Below are positions 50,901-63,538 of a DNA stretch of 64,000 nucleotides, piece after piece. The notes beneath the pieces are model-generated. The model was not told the origin of the DNA, did no database searches, and saw only the letters and a list, made by a program, of their open reading frames with translations. How positions within the stretch are numbered: position 1 is the stretch's first letter; every line of letters starts with the position of its first letter. This stretch comes from Octopus sinensis. Taxonomy: Eukaryota. Made by a program: the position numbers and the translations under genes. The stretch covers positions 39,432,001-39,496,000 of the forward strand of contig NC_043002.1 of NCBI RefSeq assembly GCF_006345805.1, in the 5' to 3' direction.

Positions 50901-51780
50901 ATATTTAATATGTTCATGTGCACTTGGATGTGGGGAGTCTTTTCACTGTGGAAACAGTCTTGGGAGATAATTCTCCTCACAGACAAAATATGTGAAAATA
51001 CATTGGGCTGTGAAAAGCATTATTGGATTGTAGGGCACATGCATTTCTGTGTTGTTATGCATCATCATGTACAAATACCAAATCTGCTTTCACAGTCTGA
51101 GAAAAAAGATTTAGACTTATATTAAAACAGCAAATGGTATATTTGTTGGTGTGCGTGAAGCTTGGTCAAGCTAGAATTAATTGATGAAAGTTGCACAAAA
51201 CAGCATTGAATAAAATGTATTCATTTAAGGGATATTTAACACATTTGAGTACATTTGGATGTGGGAAGACCTGTCACTACAGAAATAGTCTTGGTAGAAA
51301 ATTCTGCTCCTGGATGTGTGTGAAAGCACATTAGGTTGTGAATGATGTCATTGGATCATAGGATGCATTCTTTACAGCCTGCTTTGGCATGGTTTCTATG
51401 GCTGGATGCTTTCCCTAATACCAGCCACTTAACAGAGTGTACTGGGTGTTTGTTTTTCATGGCATCAGACCCAGTGAGGTTGCCAAGTAACATTGCAAGA
51501 CAAGACACCTTCGCAGAGTTTAGGTGCATTACTGAGAGAGGTGTATTCATGCCAGATAGATAGGTTGGTTGGATGGTTGGTTGGTTGGTTGGCTGGTTGG
51601 TTGGTTGGCTGGTTGATTGGTTAGTTTTTTACATTGGCACATAACCTCAAGATGAACATTAGATTATGTGGCATTTATGCCTTTCGCAAAATAATTGCCA
51701 ACAAAATGGACAACTTTCTAGAAAGAGCAGCGAAGTCTCCCTAAAATTATATGTGGTGTGTCTTTAGAAGAAAAAGCAAT

Positions 51781-51984
51781 TCTTTTATTCTTTCTTTTTA
51801 CTTGTTTCAGTCATTTGATTGTGGCCATGCTGGAGCACCGCCTTTAGTTGAGCAAATTGACCCCAAGACTTATTCTTTGTAAACCTAGTACTTATTCTAT
51901 TGGTCTCTTTTGCCGAACCGCTAAGTTACAGGGACGTAAACACACCAGCATCGGTTGTCAAGCAATGTTGGGGGTACAAACATA

Positions 51985-52030
<46 letters not shown>

Positions 52031-52161
52031 CATTCGACAGGCTTCTTTCAGTTTCCATCTACCAAATCCACTCACGAAGCTTTGGTCGGCCTGAGGCTAT
52101 AGTAGAAGACACTTGCCCAAGGGGCCATGCAGTGGGACTGAACCTGGAACCATGTGGTTGG
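51781..52161 (-). mobile_element. SINE family B
   Basis: Reverse complement of family B with an internal (CA)n. Confidence 0.85.
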
Positions 52162-52449
52162 TCACTTTGGATAACAAAGTTCATGATACACTGAAACAAT
52201 GGTGGGTGGAAAGATCACAGCTGCAATGCCTATGATCACTGAGATCCTCATTCAAAGCTTACCTTTGATTCAACAATGAACACAAGTGAAATAATTACTA
52301 CAACTGAATATGTAACCAGGTCATGCAGCTGGTTCATATTGTTAGCTGATGTATGATCTTGGTGTGTGAACCTGATTTGCTGGGAGCATATCTGTGTAAT
52401 ATTAATATTTATACATGCAGCAGAATGTGTGCATATATGTGTGTGCATG

Positions 52450-52503
<54 letters not shown>

Positions 52504-52783
52504 GTTTAAAGATCCAATAGAGATAGAATCAACAAAAAAAAGTACTCGGTCCAGTGAGAGATAAATATCAATTTAAATACACAATCGAAAGAGCTACTAA
52601 TAGTTTCATGCTATTATGATACTTGAGCAGGCATGTTTATAAAATATACCATATATCTTAAAGCAATCTTTCTGGTTCTGTTTATGTGTTTTATATATAT
52701 GTGTGTATGTGTGTGTGAAATAAAATGAGACAACAAAGCCAAGACAGTGTGAAATTTCTAGGACATTTATAAAGAGAACGGTA

Positions 52784-52832
52784 GTCTTAACAGCTGTTTC
52801 TGGGATATGAGGGATATCCCTTCATCAGAGAC
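52784..52832 (-). ncRNA. Minimal hammerhead-like motif (Penelope-like remnant)
   Basis: gtct-CTGATGA-a-GGGATAT-ccctc-ATATCCC-a-GAAA-C-AGCT-G-TTAAGAC. Confidence 0.45.
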
Positions 52833-53845
52833 GATATGAAAGAGTTGAATAGAGGGAAATAGTAGAGTTCAATATAAGAAGTTATTTTGGAAAGGGAGAG
52901 ATATAGGAAGTATAAATGGAAATAAGAGAATAAAAACAAAAATATATGTTGGATGTTACAGTTACAGTTCTATTATCCAAGTCCTTCCATAGCACTTACA
53001 TAGCTTTACCTGCCATTTTGGGTCTTCTGGATACCAAAACCTTTCGTATCATATATTAATTATTGTCATTTGTTACATTCTTATTCTGTTTTTTGGATTT
53101 ATATATACATATAGCAACGTATGTACACCATTTGCTGAGTTTGTAAGTAAGTATGTATCTAAATTCTGTATGACTTCTTTCTTTCTTCTTTTCTTTTTCT
53201 CACTCCCCCTCTCTCACATTTCTTGGCATTTTATTTCTTTAATCTCTCTGCTTTCCTCTATTATCACCCCTGTACACTTCTCTGTCCCTTCCTCTCTCTC
53301 TCTCTCTCTAGTTCCTGCCCTAATTCTTCAATCCCTCTGCCTCCTACCTTTCTCTGTTCCTCCTACGTGATCAATGTTCAGCCAAGCATGATATTTCTTT
53401 CTTGGTTTGACCACCATCCACACAACAACTTATTTTTCTGTCTCCTGATTTTCATCTATGTTTGTGTCTTAAGGCTTCCACTTTATACGCCAGCTTAATT
53501 TAACTTGTCCTTATTAGTTGAAAGACACCTGCTGTTTGTGTTTGTAATCGTGTAACATTTTCTCCATTTTCTTGTTTTTTGTCTTTGTTGTCACACACAT
53601 TTGCTTGCTTTCATTCAAAAATTTAATGCCCTTAGCTTAGATTTTTGGGGCCTACCAATTTTGAACAGTCTCAACTGTAACAGGCTGAAACTGTAATGAT
53701 GATTGGAAGCTTGACTGATGAAAGAAAGTCACAAATGTTCCATCCTGTTTTTTTTCTGTCTGTCTTTGTATCGTCTGTCTGTATGTTTTATTGTTGTCCG
53801 TTACCTTCTTATTCTGCTTTTTGGGTACATATATATGTATGTATG

Positions 53846-53881
<36 letters not shown>

Positions 53882-53903
53882 ATATATACACACACACAAC
53901 ACA

Positions 53904-53958
<55 letters not shown>

Positions 53959-54032
53959 TTATACATACACATATATATAATATGTGTGAGTGTGAATATC
54001 TCTCTACCTAATCATCCATCTATCCATGTATA

Positions 54033-54545
54033 TCTATATATATAAAACTGTAGTTGTGTGAGTGTCTGTCCCCTTCGATTTAGATTCCTAACTACTCCCA
54101 CATTTTGCGGTGCAGTTTAAACAAATTCGGGTATCTTATAGTCGTGATTCATATCGAGCCCGTCTGAGTATTAGCGCGCGTCTACGATGAGTCTACGATT
54201 TTAAAAATAATTTAACATCATTTTTTATTCCATTTTAATGCATAATTTTTCGTGTGTCGATGGCGGCAGAGTTGGCGTCCATGGTCACACCTGCACCTGC
54301 TTGCTTCTCCCCCTTCTTCCCTCCCTCGTGAAGCTGTGGGGAAGGGAGTGTAAGGAAATCAATGTCGTAAAGCGTTGTCAAGGAGACCAGCGTTCTTTTA
54401 GAACAACGACTTCATGGCTTGAAGACACCAAAACAGAAATGGCTAAGAAAGCCCGAATTGGCATCTATAAGGGAAGTAACTCTCTAAAAATGCTTATATA
54501 GTTATTTCCCTTACAAACCCGAGCAACGCCGGGCGATACTGCTAG
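54033..54545 (+). mobile_element. Non-autonomous Helitron, 513 bp, copy 1
   Basis: A^TC start, subterminal hairpin cccgagcaacgccggg, CTAG^T end. Confidence 0.88.
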
Positions 54546-54727
54546 TATAAATATAAAGAAAGAAGGCGGTATGAGATGATATATTTTTTTCTTCTTATAG
54601 TAAATATATTTATATGTTTCATGTTTATGTTTGTATAGATGGATCTATAAACTTTTGATATATTTCCACTCTCAACATTAGAATGTGTTAAGGCGTAATG
54701 TGTAAATATATATGTGTGCATTTATAT

Positions 54728-54759
<32 letters not shown>

Positions 54760-54771
54760 ATATATATTTAT

Positions 54772-55603
54772 GATAATTTTTGAATTGAAAAGCCGGCATT
54801 TTTATTTACTGCTGACAAGGAGCTGCGCTTGCATGGTAGATTTAAAAAATTAGAATGTATAAGTATAGGGCATATACTAGATTGCCTTGTGTATATAAAT
54901 TTAATCTAAATTTAATCTACCTGCTGAAGAAGACTTCGCCTAGCAAAATATTTCATTTGCTAAAAAAAGTCTGAAACCATTGGTCCAGGAGTTAGATAGT
55001 AAATGTTTTTATTTTTCATTCCCTTCGAAATTTTATCCCTAATAGTGGTTTGGAATTTAACTGTTCTCTCTAGCATGCAAGGAGTCCTATGATGGATACT
55101 TCTTATGTCTTTAAATGTACACTGTATTTATATGAATAATATATAGTTTATTGACAAAATTTTTATATGCTAGACCACTGATAATGGGAATTTCTAATAT
55201 TTCTGATTACCCTTTGATATTATTAATTATTGATAACTTTTTTTTCTGGATAATTTTTGAATTGAAAAGCCGGCATTTTTATTTACTGCCAACAAGCTGC
55301 ACTTGCATGGTAGATATGAAAAGTTAGAATGTATCAGCATGGGGTATATACTGGACTGCCTCACGTATATATATTTAATCTAAGGTGTACCTGCTGAAGA
55401 AGGCTTTGCCTAGCAAATTATTTTATTTGCTAAAAAAAGTCTGAAACTATTGGTCCAGGAGTTAGATGGTAAATGTTTTTATTTTTCATTCCTTTCAAAA
55501 TTTTATCCCTAATAGTGGTTTGGAATTTAACTGTTCTCTCTAGCATGCAAGGAGTCCTATGGTGGATGCTTCTTATGTGTTTAAATGTACACTGTATTTA
55601 TAT
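54772..55603. repeat. Local direct duplication of ~360 bp (54772-55133 and 55249-55603)
   Basis: Both copies run from gataatttt(t)tgaattgaaaagccggc to ttaaatgtacactgtatttata. Confidence 0.85.
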
Positions 55604-56064
55604 ATATATATATATACTAGCAGAGATATATATATATATATATACTAGCAGAGATATAAAGATGAGAATGTGTGCCTGTGTGACTCCTTAAAACTTGAGA
55701 ACTACACAACCGATTTCATTCAAATTTTACACATGCCTTACTTAGGGTCCATGTAGTGTCATGGGCCAAAACTTTTTCAGTTTCTTGCCTAATGTGAGCC
55801 CAGAGCAATCACTTATCTCTTCCACTATTTCAGTATTATGTGTCAAAAGTGAAACAATACCATCTCTCTCTTGTAATGTCAGATACTTTCACTTTAATAG
55901 TTTCACTATTAATATTGAAACTATTATCTCATATATATACAGGCATACATATATACATGCATACATACATAATACATATATATATATATATATGTGACCA
56001 TGTGTGTACCATTGGCAATTTTTTTCCCTCCGTCTTCCCTTCTCTGGATCTTTCCTTTTCCTAT

Positions 56065-56099
56065 GTTTCTGATGAAGAGCTCCGCTCGAAATGTTAAAC
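56065..56099 (+). ncRNA. Minimal hammerhead-like motif (Penelope-like remnant)
   Basis: gttt-CTGATGA-a-GAGC-tcc-GCTC-GAAA-tg-T-T-aaac; stems I and II pair. Confidence 0.5.
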
Positions 56100-56200
56100 C
56101 CTCCTTCTTCCCTGCCTTCCTTCCTGAGCATCCAATAATACTATATTTGTTCCACGTCCTCGCGTTGTTGTGTTTTCTCTTTGTGTTTTCTTTTTGGATT

Positions 56201-56281
<81 letters not shown>

Positions 56282-56592
56282 GCATATATATGTATACATC
56301 TGCACATATGTATATATATATAGATGTATATATGCATATATACATTATATACATATATATATATATATAAGAAATATTGAGTTTCTAAATCTCTCGTAGA
56401 GAGGTGTACGGTGGTGGAGCGATATAATGGTTGTATACTGTCAATCTAACAAGAACGTGACAGTAGGGGGTACACCACCGTTATATAGCCCTAGGAGGCA
56501 TCGAACGCCTCCTGACAGCTTCGACACATTTTATCCTGTGTCCTTATATCTAGGGACACCGTGTTTCAGGATCATTGTCCTTCATCGGCCTA

Positions 56593-56700
56593 GAGTAGCA
56601 GACACCGGTCAGCTGGCGATATCTGTCTCGACTTCGTATTTGTATATATACAAATACGAAGTCGAGACAGATATCGCCAGCTGACCGGTGTCTGCTACTC
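56593..56700. repeat. Perfect 108-bp palindrome, no spacer
   Basis: 56593-56646 is the exact reverse complement of 56647-56700. Confidence 0.95.
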
Positions 56701-57865
56701 AGACCAACCAAAGCCTTGTCAGTGGATTTCATAAACAGAAACTGAAAGAAATCAATTGTATATATATGTATATATGTAAGTGTATGTGTGTGTCTTTGTG
56801 TCTGTGTTTTGTCTTCACAACTGCTTGACAACTGGTGTTGGTTTATTTACATCCCCATAACTTTATAGTTTGACAAGAAGAGACTGATAGAATAAGTACC
56901 AGGCTTATCAAAATAAAAAAAATAGTGCTAGGGTGGTTCATTTGACAAAAAATTCTTCAAGGCAATGTCTCATACTTTTGTTTGCCCACTCAACTGTATT
57001 TATCAATCTATCTTTCCGTGTATAACACACACACACACACATACATGTATGTATATATTATATAAAAGTCAATGTCTTTATGTGTGTTCGTGTGTTACTT
57101 ATAGATTTGATTTCAAGACCTTCCCAGATGACTGACTGGTCATTCAAAGAGATTTATAGATTGCAATTTTATTCTATTCAGCTACCTATCAGCATAGTGA
57201 TCATTGGCAAACTCCAGAGATGACACATTCATTTCCCCTTAGCCCTCACATTACACAGTTGTTAATGTTTATTTGATTTGGGTCATGCCCTTCCAGTTGC
57301 TATAGATCTTATAATGCATCTTATGACTGTACCTGTCACCTGTATGGTGAGGAATCTTACACTGGGGAGTGGTAACGACTAGGGTAGGGTAGCTGACTAC
57401 TTATTGTGATCATTTGTCTTTTGGTTTCCTGTAGCTTTGCTCTCTTTTACAAACCCAGTGAACATTCATATATTTCCGATTTGAAAGAAATTTCAACAAT
57501 AGATATAAGACCCAAATTAAAAAGATTCCCGACAATTCAACTTCTCTGGTTGACTTTAAGACCCCCCACCAATCCACCCACAATAGGGGCCTTAACTCCC
57601 ACATTTTAGAGCTCTATGTGCTCCATTTTTCTGGAGCAAAACTTCTGAATAGATTTCATAAGATTTAGATTTTGGAATCTGGGCATAAAGATGAGTAGTA
57701 TGGGATAAATATGTCATGATTAGAATTTTTGTTAGGGTGTGTTAAGAGGGAAATAACCCTCATTACAATTCTTAATCTGCAATTTTGATGAAATTCAAAT
57801 CATAGATATTCCAGTTCATTAGAGAAAATATAAAAGAAAAGTCTAATTCTTCAATTCCATGTGAC

Positions 57866-57891
57866 ATGGGCAAAGCCGGGTATCTCTGCTA

Positions 57892-57892
<1 letters not shown>
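57866..57892 (+). mobile_element. Helitron 3' terminus, second family
   Basis: gggcaaagccgggtatctctg-CTAG^T; a matching-style 5' end (tataaagatgagaatgtgtg) lies at about 55643. Confidence 0.6.
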
Positions 57893-57943
<51 letters not shown>

Positions 57944-58249
57944 GTAATTGTAATATGTGACAATTATTTGGTAGCCATGATAAGCTCCAAGTTTCAGATG
58001 GCGAGGTGGAAATCCATGCTGCCATCTCTTCAGTTATCCGGCCATCCGAAAAATTCTATGGAAAATATCTGTTATACAAAGGGAAATTACTGTGTGATTG
58101 AGCGAAGACAAAAGAGCTAATCGAATGACCACTAAGTAAGGTGAGGGAGTAAAAGTAAGGGGGTAAAAAAAGTTCATAGTATTCACATAAGCGCACCTGT
58201 TCATACCTATACATGCGTGCCCGCACACCCGTGTGTGTGCACCTAAAAG

Positions 58250-58620
58250 TATACATCTCTGCAGTGATTCCTGATGGGCCAGGGGCTTTCCCTGTCATGC
58301 TCTTAATTGCTTTATCTACCAAGGTACTGTCAACTCGGATAGATGGTCCCTCTGTTGGGTCAACATTCGGCAGACTCTCTTTCTCCCATTCATTTTCTTT
58401 ATTGAGCAACCTTTCATAGTGGTGTCTCCAAACCTCTCTCTTTGCAGCCTTGTTTAGTGCAAGTGAACCATCATCTATGCAGACACATTTCTCTCCTACC
58501 ACATCACGATTCTCTCTCACACCCAGTCTTGCAACACGAAATACCTCAAGTCTTTGGTCCTAACGGCACAGAACATTGGCAATTGTTTTCTTATCTGCTT
58601 ACTCTCTGGTTAAATAAACC
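58250..58620 (-). mobile_element. RTE LINE ORF2 internal fragment upstream of the RT domain
   Basis: RENRDVVGEKCV...WRHHYERLLNKENEW...AIKSM.TGKAPGPSGITAEM. Confidence 0.85.
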
Positions 58621-58656
58621 TGTCTCCTAGCTTCCCTTCTGGCAGTCTGATACAAA

Positions 58657-58700
<44 letters not shown>

Positions 58701-58714
58701 ATATATATGTATAT

Positions 58715-58824
58715 ATATTTATATACTCTTTACTTGTTTCAGTCATTTGATTGCAGCTGTGCAGGGGCACCGCCTTTAGTCGGTTGTCAAGCGTTGTTGG
58801 GGGGGGACAAACACAGACACACAA

Positions 58825-58879
<55 letters not shown>

Positions 58880-59035
58880 CATATACATGACAGGCTTCTT
58901 TCAGTTTCTGTCTACCAAATCCACTCACAAGGCTTTCGTCAGCCTGAGGCTTACCCAAGGTGCCATGCAGTGGGACTGAACCCAGAACCATGTGGTTTGT
59001 AAGCAAGCTACTTGCCACACAGCCTCTCCTGTGCA
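58715..59035 (-). mobile_element. SINE family B with internal deletion
   Basis: Reverse complement of family B. Confidence 0.8.
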
Positions 59036-59053
59036 TATATGTATATGTATATA

Positions 59054-59124
<71 letters not shown>

Positions 59125-59135
59125 GAGATAATATA

Positions 59136-59648
59136 TCTATATATATAAAACTGTAGTTGTGTGAGTGTCTGTCCCCTTCGATTTAGATTTCTAACTATTC
59201 CCACATTTTGCGGTGCAGTTTAACCAAATTCGGGTATCTTATAGTCGTGATTCATATCGAGCCCGTCTGCATATTAGCGCATGTCTACGATGAGTCTACG
59301 ATTTTAAAAATAATTTAACATCATTTTTTATTCCATTTTAATGCATAATTTTTTGTGTGTTGATGGCGGCGGAGTTGGCGTCCATGGTCACACCTGCACC
59401 TGTTTGCTTCTCCCCCTTCTTCCCTCCCTCGTGAAGCTGTGGGGAAGGGAGTGTAAGGAAATCAACGTCGTAAAGCGTTGTCAAGGAGACCAGCGTTCTT
59501 TTAGAACAATGACTTCATGGCTTGAAGACACCAAAACAGAAATGGCTAAGAAAGCCCGAATTGGCATCTATAAGGGAAGTAACTCTCTAAAAATGCTTAT
59601 ATAGTTATTTCCCTTACAAACCCGAGCAACGCCGGGCGATACTGCTAG
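59136..59648 (+). mobile_element. Non-autonomous Helitron, 513 bp, copy 2
   Basis: Same termini and length as 54033-54545, few substitutions. Confidence 0.88.
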
Positions 59649-60251
59649 TATTGTATATAATAGGTTATATAATCATCATATTTTAACTTCCATTTTCCAT
59701 GATGGCATGGGTTGGAATGTTTGACTGGATCTAATAGGTCAGAATTCTGTGCCAATCTCTGCTGTCTGCTTTGGCATGCACACACACACATTAGTGTTCA
59801 GCGTCTTTGAAACTATTTTCTGTGTGTCGCTAAAATTAACTAAAGAACAATGAACTTATATCTTTATTTAGATGCAGGTTTTGATTCTTATTTATAAAAC
59901 TATGGCATATTGGTCTAGAATACAGAGCTATTTTTGCAGCACATGTAATAAGAGGTGACGTGACACCTGTCTCAAGAATGCAGCAAGTAGTTGTTATTGC
60001 AATGCTCTGCTTAATAATAAACAAAACTGACATGCTCTGAACTTGGCTCTAAGAAAGCTTTTATCTGTGAGTGTGTGTATATGTATTTATATGCAGATGT
60101 TTTACAAAGGCATAAGCTTTGTAGGTTTACAAAGTGCTGTTAAAATAGTCAGAGATGAAGAATTTATAATTTTCTTCCTTTGCGTTTTGCTTATTTTTTT
60201 ATAGTGTGCGTTACTTTCTAGTTTGTGTGTTCTACTGTTTCAAGGTATAAA

Positions 60252-60306
<55 letters not shown>

Positions 60307-60410
60307 GTATAATTTTAGATTTGGGTACATACCTGGTAGTATGCCATTTAAAGCACATTCACTGCATTTGGCTACCTGATGTCATCAACAGTAAGGTTAT
60401 AAGTACCACA

Positions 60411-60545
60411 ATGGAGATGCATGGCTTAGTGGTTAGGGTGCTGGACTCATGATTGTAAGATTGTGGTTTCGATTCCTGGACCAGGTGATGCATTGTGTTC
60501 TTGACCAAAACACTTCGTGTTGCTCCAGTCCTCACTGTAAAGTGG
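60411..60545 (+). mobile_element. SINE family D-like head
   Basis: ggagatgcatggcttagtggttaggg...ggtttcgattcctgg...gtgttcttgaccaaaacac. Confidence 0.7.
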
Positions 60546-60837
60546 TTGATGTTTGGAAGAACATCAAGCCGTAAAAATCTTGCCAAAACTGACCTCGCCT
60601 GTGCTTGTGCCACATAAAAAGCACTACTCACCTCGCCTGTGCTTGTGCCATGGAAAAAGCACTAAGTCCACTCTGCTGAGTGGTTGGTGTTAGGGTAAAA
60701 ATTCTGCCAAAACAGTAAGAGAAGTGTGGTGCAGGCTTCAGCCTGGCTAACTCTTGTCAAACTGTCCCACCTATGCTAGTATGGAAGGTGGACATTAAAC
60801 AGTGATGATGATGATGATGATGATGATGGACATATAG

Positions 60838-60871
<34 letters not shown>

Positions 60872-61540
60872 CTGTGTCTGTCTGTTATAGACAATATCAA
60901 ATTTATATAACATTTTTTCATTCTTAAAACTAATTTTGGAAGGAGTCAGTGACATAAATAGATGCTTGCAACCTACTGTACTTAACCTGGTGTGTCAAAA
61001 AGAAATCTTTCATAAAAAACATGTCTGGTCACAGGGAAATATTACCTTACTTGGAAATAGGTGAGGGTTTGTGACAGGAAGGGCATCCAGCTGTAGAAAA
61101 TCTGCCTCAACAAATTCTGTCTGACTCATGCAAGCATGGAAAGCTGGGCATTAAATGATGATGAGGATGATGATTATAAAGGTAAAGGTAAAGTTACCTT
61201 CTCAAGTGATGCTGACTCATAGGGGCCAGTTCACCGGTTTCCATGACATCTAAATTCCTGGATAACCTGGATGGGATACTGGTCCACCACAAGATTACTC
61301 ATTTTTGTCAGCTGAGTGGACTGAAGCAACGTGAAATGAAGTGTTTTACTCATGAATACAACCTATCACTCGGTCTAGTAACTGAAACTACAATCTCATG
61401 CTTATGAGTCCAGAATCCTAACCACCAAGCCACATGTCTCCACTAACTGATGATTATAACTGTATAATCAAAAGTGCCCCACTCTGTCCAGCCATGACTC
61501 AAGGGAAACTTGGCTGCTATGTTAACTTACAATGTAGAGT

Positions 61541-61764
61541 CTCTTTACTCTTTTACTTGTTTCAGTCATTTGACTGTGGCCATGCTGGAGCACCATCTTT
61601 AATCGAGCAACTCGACCCCGGGACTTATTCTTTTGTAAGCCCAGTACTTATTCTATCGGTCTCTTTTGCCGAACCGCTAAGTAACGGGGACATAAACACA
61701 CCAGCATTGGTTGTCAAGCAATGCTAGGGGGACAAACACAGACACACAAACACACACATGCATA

Positions 61765-61808
<44 letters not shown>

Positions 61809-61976
61809 TACGACGGGCTTCTTTTCAGTTTCCGTCTACCAAATCCACTCACAATGCATTGGTCGGCCGGAGGCCATAGGAGAAGACACTTGCCCAAAGT
61901 GCCATGCGGTGGGACTGAACCCGGAACCATGTGGTTGGTAAACAAGCTACTTACCACACAGCCACTCTTGCGCCTA
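61541..61976 (-). mobile_element. SINE family B, full length
   Basis: Reverse complement of 9009-9410. Confidence 0.88.
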
Positions 61977-62501
61977 GTCTGGGTATTTTGTTGTCAATAA
62001 TCATATAAACACTGGGAATAGACACCAATATCAGTGTAGAGGAGATGGTCTGTAAGCATGCCAGGACAGCCAAGATGATAAAAACTTTCGTTAGGACATC
62101 CAAGATAGAACAGCTTGCTGCTTAGCTGAGCATAACACTATAGACACAAATTTCTATTTAGTATTCAGCTACAACCTAATGTTAATTTTCAGGATAATTG
62201 TGAATAAATCCTTCAAAATGAACAAATGATATTTAGAAAGAAATATACAATACCGCAAAGCAGATCTCATCATCATCATCATCATAATCAATTATCTATT
62301 ATCTATTTTCAAGAATAAAGAAGAATGTCAGAAATAATGTGGAATATTGGAAAAAAAACTCAGCATCTGAAGTGTTAATCAGACAGACATATGGTTTTCT
62401 TTTTCATTCAGCATTAAAGAAAATTTGCTTCTAAAATATTTTATACAAATACACATATATACATATATATAAGAATATATATACAAATACATGCACACAT
62501 A

Positions 62502-62537
<36 letters not shown>

Positions 62538-62736
62538 AATACAGGTATCTATTTATATGGTTGTGTGGTAGGAAGCTTGCTTTCCAACCACATGGTTCTG
62601 GATTCAGCCCCACTGTGTGGCACCTTGGGCAAGTGTCTTATAGCCTTGGGTTGAGCAAAGCCTTGTGAGTGGATATGGTAGATGGAAACTGAAAAAAGCC
62701 TGTTGCATATATATATATATATTTTTTTTCTTTTTT

Positions 62737-63026
62737 CGTGACCGACCAGTCCATCAGATGTAGTTACACATCGCTGGTCACAATGCGTTCGCATTGTTTT
62801 AGCCTTCAAATAACACCACCCCGCTGGCTAAGTGAGCAGGCCAACAGAAGAAAGAATGAGAGAAAGTTGTGGCGAAAGAGTACCACAGGGATCGCCACCA
62901 CCCCCTGCCAGAGCTTTGTGGAGCTTTAGGTGTTTTCCCTCAATAAATACTCACAACGCCCGGTCTGGGAATCGAAACCACGATCCTATGACCGTGAGTC
63001 TGCTGCCCTAACCACTGGGCCACTTC

Positions 63027-63027
<1 letters not shown>
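62737..63027 (-). mobile_element. tRNA-headed SINE, D-like head with a different 3' part
   Basis: Minus strand gtggcccagtggttagggcagc...ggtttcgattccc, then a body not shared with 39959. Confidence 0.6.
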
Positions 63028-63057
<30 letters not shown>

Positions 63058-63061
63058 GATG

Positions 63062-63140
<79 letters not shown>

Positions 63141-63334
63141 TAGGAAGGACATCCAACCATAGAAACCATGCCAAAACAGACATGGAGCTTCAACAGCTCT
63201 TCAGCTGGTCAGCTCCTACCAAACTGTCCAACTCAAGACAGAATGGAAAACAGATGTTAAATGATAATGATGACAATGCATTTGCCGATATTTTATATAT
63301 ACATATCTGTATGCATTTGTGTGTGTATATGTGA

Positions 63335-63371
<37 letters not shown>

Positions 63372-63444
63372 CAGATAGATAGATACATAGATACACACAC
63401 ACACACACACACATATACATACACACAGAAAGAGAAAGAGGGAA

Positions 63445-63538
63445 AGAGAGTGGAAGAGTAAAAGAGTGGAGAGTAAGAGAGTGGGAGTAAGAGAGTGGAG
63501 AGTAAGAGAGTGGAGAGTAAGAGAGTGCAGAGTAAGAG
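63445..63538. repeat. 15-bp minisatellite (agagtggagagtaag), about 6 copies
   Basis: Direct reading. Confidence 0.85.

Noticed and set aside
54238-59604. Duplicated 87-aa ORF (MHNFSCVDGG...) as a gene pair
   Set aside because: Lies inside the twin Helitrons; conservation reflects recent copying, with no homolog recognised.
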